NCBI GenBank assembly: GCA_022711115.1
Contig: JAKLFP010000001.1
Span: forward strand, 261,183 to 325,182
Source of the DNA: Candidatus Omnitrophota bacterium
Lineage (GTDB): Bacteria > Omnitrophota > Omnitrophia > Omnitrophales > Aquincolibacteriaceae
Direction: 5' to 3'
Length of the DNA stretch: 64,000 bases
Position 1 is the first letter of the stretch; every line of letters starts with the position of its first letter. A program made the position numbers and the translations under genes. This document shows positions 60,011 to 64,000 of the stretch, in pieces. The notes under the pieces were generated by a model. It was given only the letters and a program-made list of their open reading frames with translations, did no database searches and had not been told where the DNA came from.

Positions 60011-63000
60011 TTACGAACAACCCATACTGTTGCCGCAATTAAGACATTTGTAGCAGGAACCGCTCCGGACCGTCACATGACCGCAGTTCGTGCAAAACGG
60101 CGCGTCCCCCATCATGTTGGCAAGATGTTCATTCGCTGCCGATGTACCGGCAAAGGCATTTTCTTTTTTGAATTCTTTGCCGGAAAGGGATGCGTGTTTT
60201 TCCGGGAGAGATTTCTCTTCAGGAGAAAGGATCAAGCGGCCTGGATTCCCAGAGGCATTTTTATGAAGCTGCGTGTCTTGAGGATCCGGCGGGACCTGGA
60301 TAAATTCTGTCAGCCCGAGATATTCCATACCCAAAACGCGAAAAATATAATCCACGATCGAAGTGGCGTATTTGATGTTCGGATGATCCACGAATCCTTG
60401 AGGTTCAAAACGCGTGAACGTGAAGACATTGACGAATTCCTCCAGAGGCACACCGTATTGAAGTCCCAGCGATACCGCGATGGCAAAACAGTTCATCATG
60501 GAACGAAATGCGGCGCCTTCTTTGTGAATATCGACGAAAATCTCCCCCAACTGCCCGTCCGCATATTCCCCTGTCCTGAGATAGATCTTTTGTCCGCCGA
60601 CGCGGGCTTCTACGGTAATACCGGCCCGTTTTTTGGGAAGGCGTTTTCGCTCGAGAGCTTGAGGATGTTCTGCAGAGATCTCCCTTTTCTTTTCCGTTTT
60701 TTCGTCACTAGATTTGGTATTCAGAGGCTGGGAAAGCTTGCACCCGTCCCGGTAAAGAGCCACAGCCTTGAGTCCCATTTTCCAGGCTTCCACATAGATT
60801 TTTTCGATCTCCTCGACGGTGCTTTCATGCGGAAGATTGACGGTCTTGGAAATGGCCCCGGAGATAAACGGCTGTGCCGCAGCCATCATGCGAATATGCG
60901 TCATAGGCTCCAGAAAACGTTTGCCGTACCTGCCACATTGATTGGCGCAATCAAAAACAGAAAGGTGTTCCGGGTTGAGATGAGGCGCTCCTTCTATAGT
61001 CATCGTCCCGCAAACTATTTTGTTCGCTTCTTCGATTTCCGCTTTTGAGAAACCGAGTGCTTCCAAAACAGAAAAACGCGGGTGATGGTAATCCACGGGC
61101 TTGAAACCAAGCCGCTGAAGTGTTTCTTCCCCAAGTGTCCATTGGGTGAATGCAAAATTCAGATCGAAGATGGCCGGCAGCATGGCTTCGATCTTGTTTA
61201 ATTCCTCAACCGTAAAACCTTTCTCGGTCAGATTTTCGCGATTAATCCAAGGCGTGCCTTCAAGGCGCGAAGTCCCCTGGATATATTCCGCAATATCCCG
61301 AATTTCACTTTCCGAATACCCCAGCCGCCGAAGCGCTGGAGGGACCGATTGATTGATGATCTTGAAATAACCGCCCCCCGCGAGTTTTTTGAATTTGACC
61401 AGCGCAAAGTCCGGTTCGATCCCGGTCGTATCACAATCCATCAAAAGCCCTATCGTTCCGGTCGGCGCAATGACGGAAACTTGGGCATTTCGAAAACCGT
61501 ATTGCTTGCCAAGCCGCAGTGCCTGATCCCAATCCTCCTGAGCCGCAGTTAAAATATCCTGCCAGCAATGTTCCTTTGAGATCCGGCTTACGGCAACTTG
61601 ATGTTTTTCAATAACACGCAGCATTGATTCCTTGTTTTGTTCATAATCCGGAAACGGTCTTTTTTCTGCGGCGATCTCTGCGGAAATGGCATACGCATGG
61701 CCTGTGAGAATCGCTGTGATCGCCCCGCAAACCGCGTAGGCCTTGGGACTGTCATAAGGAATGCCGCTGACCATCAAAAGACTGCCGAGATTGGCATAGC
61801 CAAGACCCAGAGGACGATACTTGTGGCTGTTCCTGGCAAGCACTTCGTTAGGATAAGATGCGTAATCCACAATGATTTCCATCGCGGTCATGTATACACG
61901 AATGGTATGACGGAATCCTTCGATGTCAAAACTGCCGTCCGGCTTCAGATATTTTATGACATTGATCGAAGCGAGATTGCAGGCTGAGTCATCGAGAAAC
62001 ATAAATTCCGAACAGGGATTGGACGCATGGATCCGGTCCGTCTTCGCGCAGGTGTTCCACTCATTGATCGTGGTGTCAAACTGAACTCCCGGATCCGCGC
62101 AGGCCCAGGCGGCATAAGAAACTTGATGCATCAGGTCACGGGCTGACAGGGTTTCACACACTTCTCCTGTCGTGCGGAACCGCGTCTGCCATTGCCCGTC
62201 ACTGAGATAGGCCTGCATGAATTCATCCGAAATACGAACGGAGTTATTGGAATTCTGACCCGCAACGGTTTTATAGGCTTCTCCGTTGAAATCCGAGGGA
62301 TAACCGGCCGCGATCAGTGCCGCAACTTTTTTTTCTTCTTTTACTTTCCAATTAATAAAATCCAAAATCTCGGGATGATCGAGATCGAGACAGACCATTT
62401 TCGCGGCACGCCGCGTTGTCCCGCCGGACTTGGTGGCCCCTGCCCCGCGATCCAAAACTTCCAGAAAGGACATCAATCCCGACGAGGTCCCGCCGCTTGA
62501 AAGTTTTTCTTGCCGGCCGCGGAGTTTTGAAAAATTGGTGCCGGTCCCGGAGCCGAATTTAAAAAGCCTGGCTTCATTTTTCAGCAGATCGAAAATGGAC
62601 ATCAGATCATCCTGCACGGATTGAATAAAACACGCGGAACATTGAGGATGGGAGTAAGAGTCCGCGGTGCGCTGGATGGTATCGGTTTTAGGGTCCCAAA
62701 AATAATTGCCGCCGCTTCCCTCAATGCCGTAAAGATCCAAGCCGCAGTTAAACCATACCGGGGAATTGAAAGCACATTTCTGTGTGATGAGGAGGTGTGA
62801 AAGTTCCTCTTCAAAAATCTGGGCGTCTTCCGGAGTTTTAAAATAACCGCCGATTTTTTCACCTGCCACACGGATCGAATGGGCAATGCGATAGACCACT
62901 TGGCGGACACTTGTTTCGGACCCTGTTTCGGGAACACCGGCTTTTCGGAAATATTTTGAAACCACGATGTCGGTCGCTAGCTGGCTCCATGTTTCCGGCA

Positions 63001-63181
63001 CTTCCACATTTTCCATTTTAAAAACCACGGAGCCATCCGGATTCGTGATCACCGAACTGCGGCGAGCATATGGCATCTCATCCAACGGAGATATCCCTTC
63101 TTTTGTAAAAAACCGCCCAAAGATGAGCCCCTTCCCCGCCGGCACTGTCCCATGAGATAATTTTGATTTTGCTGATTTCAT
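60011..63181 (-). CDS. nrdJ: adenosylcobalamin-dependent ribonucleotide reductase, class II
   Basis: 1056 aa. Active-site Cys/Asn/Glu region ([10 protein letters not shown]). C-terminal Zn finger [21 protein letters not shown]. No intein-sized insertion. Confidence 0.95.
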   Translation of the reverse strand: MKSAKSKLSHGTVPAGKGLIFGRFFTKEGISPLDEMPYARRSSVITNPDGSVVFKMENVEVPETWSQLATDIVVSKYFRKAGVPETGSETSVRQVVYRIAHSIRVAGEKIGGYFKTPEDAQIFEEELSHLLITQKCAFNSPVWFNCGLDLYGIEGSGGNYFWDPKTDTIQRTADSYSHPQCSACFIQSVQDDLMSIFDLLKNEARLFKFGSGTGTNFSKLRGRQEKLSSGGTSSGLMSFLEVLDRGAGATKSGGTTRRAAKMVCLDLDHPEILDFINWKVKEEKKVAALIAAGYPSDFNGEAYKTVAGQNSNNSVRISDEFMQAYLSDGQWQTRFRTTGEVCETLSARDLMHQVSYAAWACADPGVQFDTTINEWNTCAKTDRIHASNPCSEFMFLDDSACNLASINVIKYLKPDGSFDIEGFRHTIRVYMTAMEIIVDYASYPNEVLARNSHKYRPLGLGYANLGSLLMVSGIPYDSPKAYAVCGAITAILTGHAYAISAEIAAEKRPFPDYEQNKESMLRVIEKHQVAVSRISKEHCWQDILTAAQEDWDQALRLGKQYGFRNAQVSVIAPTGTIGLLMDCDTTGIEPDFALVKFKKLAGGGYFKIINQSVPPALRRLGYSESEIRDIAEYIQGTSRLEGTPWINRENLTEKGFTVEELNKIEAMLPAIFDLNFAFTQWTLGEETLQRLGFKPVDYHHPRFSVLEALGFSKAEIEEANKIVCGTMTIEGAPHLNPEHLSVFDCANQCGRYGKRFLEPMTHIRMMAAAQPFISGAISKTVNLPHESTVEEIEKIYVEAWKMGLKAVALYRDGCKLSQPLNTKSSDEKTEKKREISAEHPQALERKRLPKKRAGITVEARVGGQKIYLRTGEYADGQLGEIFVDIHKEGAAFRSMMNCFAIAVSLGLQYGVPLEEFVNVFTFTRFEPQGFVDHPNIKYATSIVDYIFRVLGMEYLGLTEFIQVPPDPQDTQLHKNASGNPGRLILSPEEKSLPEKHASLSGKEFKKENAFAGTSAANEHLANMMGDAPFCTNCGHVTVRSGSCYKCLNCGNSMGCS

Positions 63182-63214
63182 AAAATCCCTCTCGCTCGAA
63201 TGATTCCTAAAAAT

Positions 63215-63260
63215 ACCACATATTGTTGTTTACTTTATTAATATATACCATATATAGAAA
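63215..63260 (-). promoter_or_regulatory. candidate tandem NrdR boxes upstream of nrdJ
   Basis: Two AT-rich imperfect palindromes, ACCACATATTGTTGTT and ATACCATATATAGAAA, with centres 30 bp apart, 35-80 nt upstream of the ATG. They resemble the acaCwAtATaTwGtgt consensus. Confidence 0.3.
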
Positions 63261-63425
63261 TTCATTGCCATTAAATATTCTCCCGTAGATCCTTTCTCGC
63301 TTCCCTGCGACGATGCTAATTTTTGCTTTCATTGAATCTTACAGAGACATGACGCGGTGCCCATCATTTATCTTCAGATATCGCTAAAAGCGTTCCTGTC
63401 TTGTGATGCACCGATGCTTTAAAAT

Positions 63426-64000
63426 TCATTTTCCAATACAAAATTCGGAAAAAATAACATCCAAGAGGTCTTCAGAATAAATCTCGCCCGTTAATTCTCT
63501 AAGCGCCTCCAAAGCTGCGCGAACATCCAGAGTTATAAATTCAAAAGACATTTTTTTTTGGAAAGATGCCTCTGCGCGCTGTAAGGCTTCCAGCGCATTT
63601 TCCAGAGCGACTTTGTGTCTCAGCTTGGTAATCTGTTCGCCGCCTTCCGATGTTTCCTTTTCTAGAAAATGGATCATTCTCTGCTCGAGTTCCTTGAAGC
63701 CATGGCGTGTTTTAGATGAAATGCGAATCCATGGCTCGCCGCCGCCCAATGCCTCAAGGGATTTCTGTTCCATTTTTGTGGGGAGATCTGATTTATTCAT
63801 GACCGGAATCAATCTTTTTTCTTTCGGAATCTTTTGAAAGACATGCCGGTCAGCATCCTCTAAAGGCCGCGATTGATCCACCACATAGAGCACCACATGG
63901 CTTTCATGAATCGCCTGGAGCGTCTTTTCCATGCCGAGTTTATCGAGTGGGTGCTCCGGCGTGGAAATAAGCCCGGCTGTATCACGAAGACGAATATAAA
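63426..64000 (-). CDS. mnmE: tRNA modification GTPase MnmE (C-terminal part; the 5' end lies beyond the window edge)
   Basis: G-domain motifs (PVMNKSDL) and the hallmark C-terminus DLLDVIFSEFCIGK. Confidence 0.85.
   Translation of the reverse strand, partial: YIRLRDTAGLISTPEHPLDKLGMEKTLQAIHESHVVLYVVDQSRPLEDADRHVFQKIPKEKRLIPVMNKSDLPTKMEQKSLEALGGGEPWIRISSKTRHGFKELEQRMIHFLEKETSEGGEQITKLRHKVALENALEALQRAEASFQKKMSFEFITLDVRAALEALRELTGEIYSEDLLDVIFSEFCIGK

Noticed and set aside
59951-61048. 365-aa ORF on the + strand
   Set aside because: It is entirely antisense to the well-supported nrdJ coding sequence, has no recognisable domain and an Arg/Phe-rich composition typical of antisense frames.
1-64000. 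CRISPR arrays, integrases, transposases and IS elements
   Set aside because: None found. The only regular DNA repeats are coding (Cys repeats, secretin tail) or short tRNA-derived fragments. No recombinase ORF is present in the window.

Overview
This 64-kb window reads as bacterial chromosomal DNA at roughly 48% GC. It combines a conserved housekeeping backbone with several accessory islands. The phylum cannot be named from sequence alone, but the abundance of TPR proteins, a Tad pilus locus, NrdJ and QueH is consistent with an uncultivated lineage.

Housekeeping genes, minus strand unless stated:
- clpB.
- A Sir2/CobB deacetylase.
- The nusA-infB-rbfA-truB-ribF-rpsO-pnp block, followed by dut and ftsK.
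- lpxL, tRNA-Gly(TCC), recR and dnaX.
- tRNA-Ser(CGA) with an adjacent small GIY-YIG nuclease gene.
- B12-dependent ribonucleotide reductase nrdJ.
- The 3' part of mnmE, which runs off the right edge of the window.

Plus strand:
- A metal-efflux pair: a 10-TM permease and a CDF transporter.
- A sigma-54-driven amtB-glnK operon.
- A long, tightly coupled operon: two tiny Cys-cluster peptides, an ArsP-like TPFCSCS permease, an RluA pseudouridine synthase, a B12-binding radical-SAM enzyme, TspO, DedA, a DMT protein, an ICMT-like methyltransferase, a flavin reductase, and crcB with its DUF190 partner.

Accessory regions:
1. 38.6-44.3 kb: an operon of two SGNH hydrolases, a TPR protein, a type-IV-pilin-like protein fused to a DUF4157-like HExxH domain, and a membrane-anchored hypothetical.
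2. 45.9-57.6 kb: a complete Tad/Flp pilus locus (flp, two tadE-like genes, cpaB, rcpA secretin, tadG-vWA, cpaE/tadZ, cpaF, tadB, tadC and a DUF192 gene). There is no prepilin peptidase. One TadE-like pseudopilin carries about 25 tandem 13-residue di-cysteine repeats. A 370-bp AT-rich region with direct repeats lies upstream of flp, and a CHASE2-GGDEF cyclase lies beyond it.
3. 8.9-11 kb: a cluster of three small membrane proteins, a DUF2934 protein and a Lys-rich zinc-ribbon protein.

The strongest candidates for something new are the Cys-repeat pseudopilin, the pilin-metallopeptidase fusion operon, the translationally coupled permease/RluA/B12-rSAM/TspO module with its vicinal-Cys micro-peptides, and the tRNA-linked GIY-YIG duplication scars.
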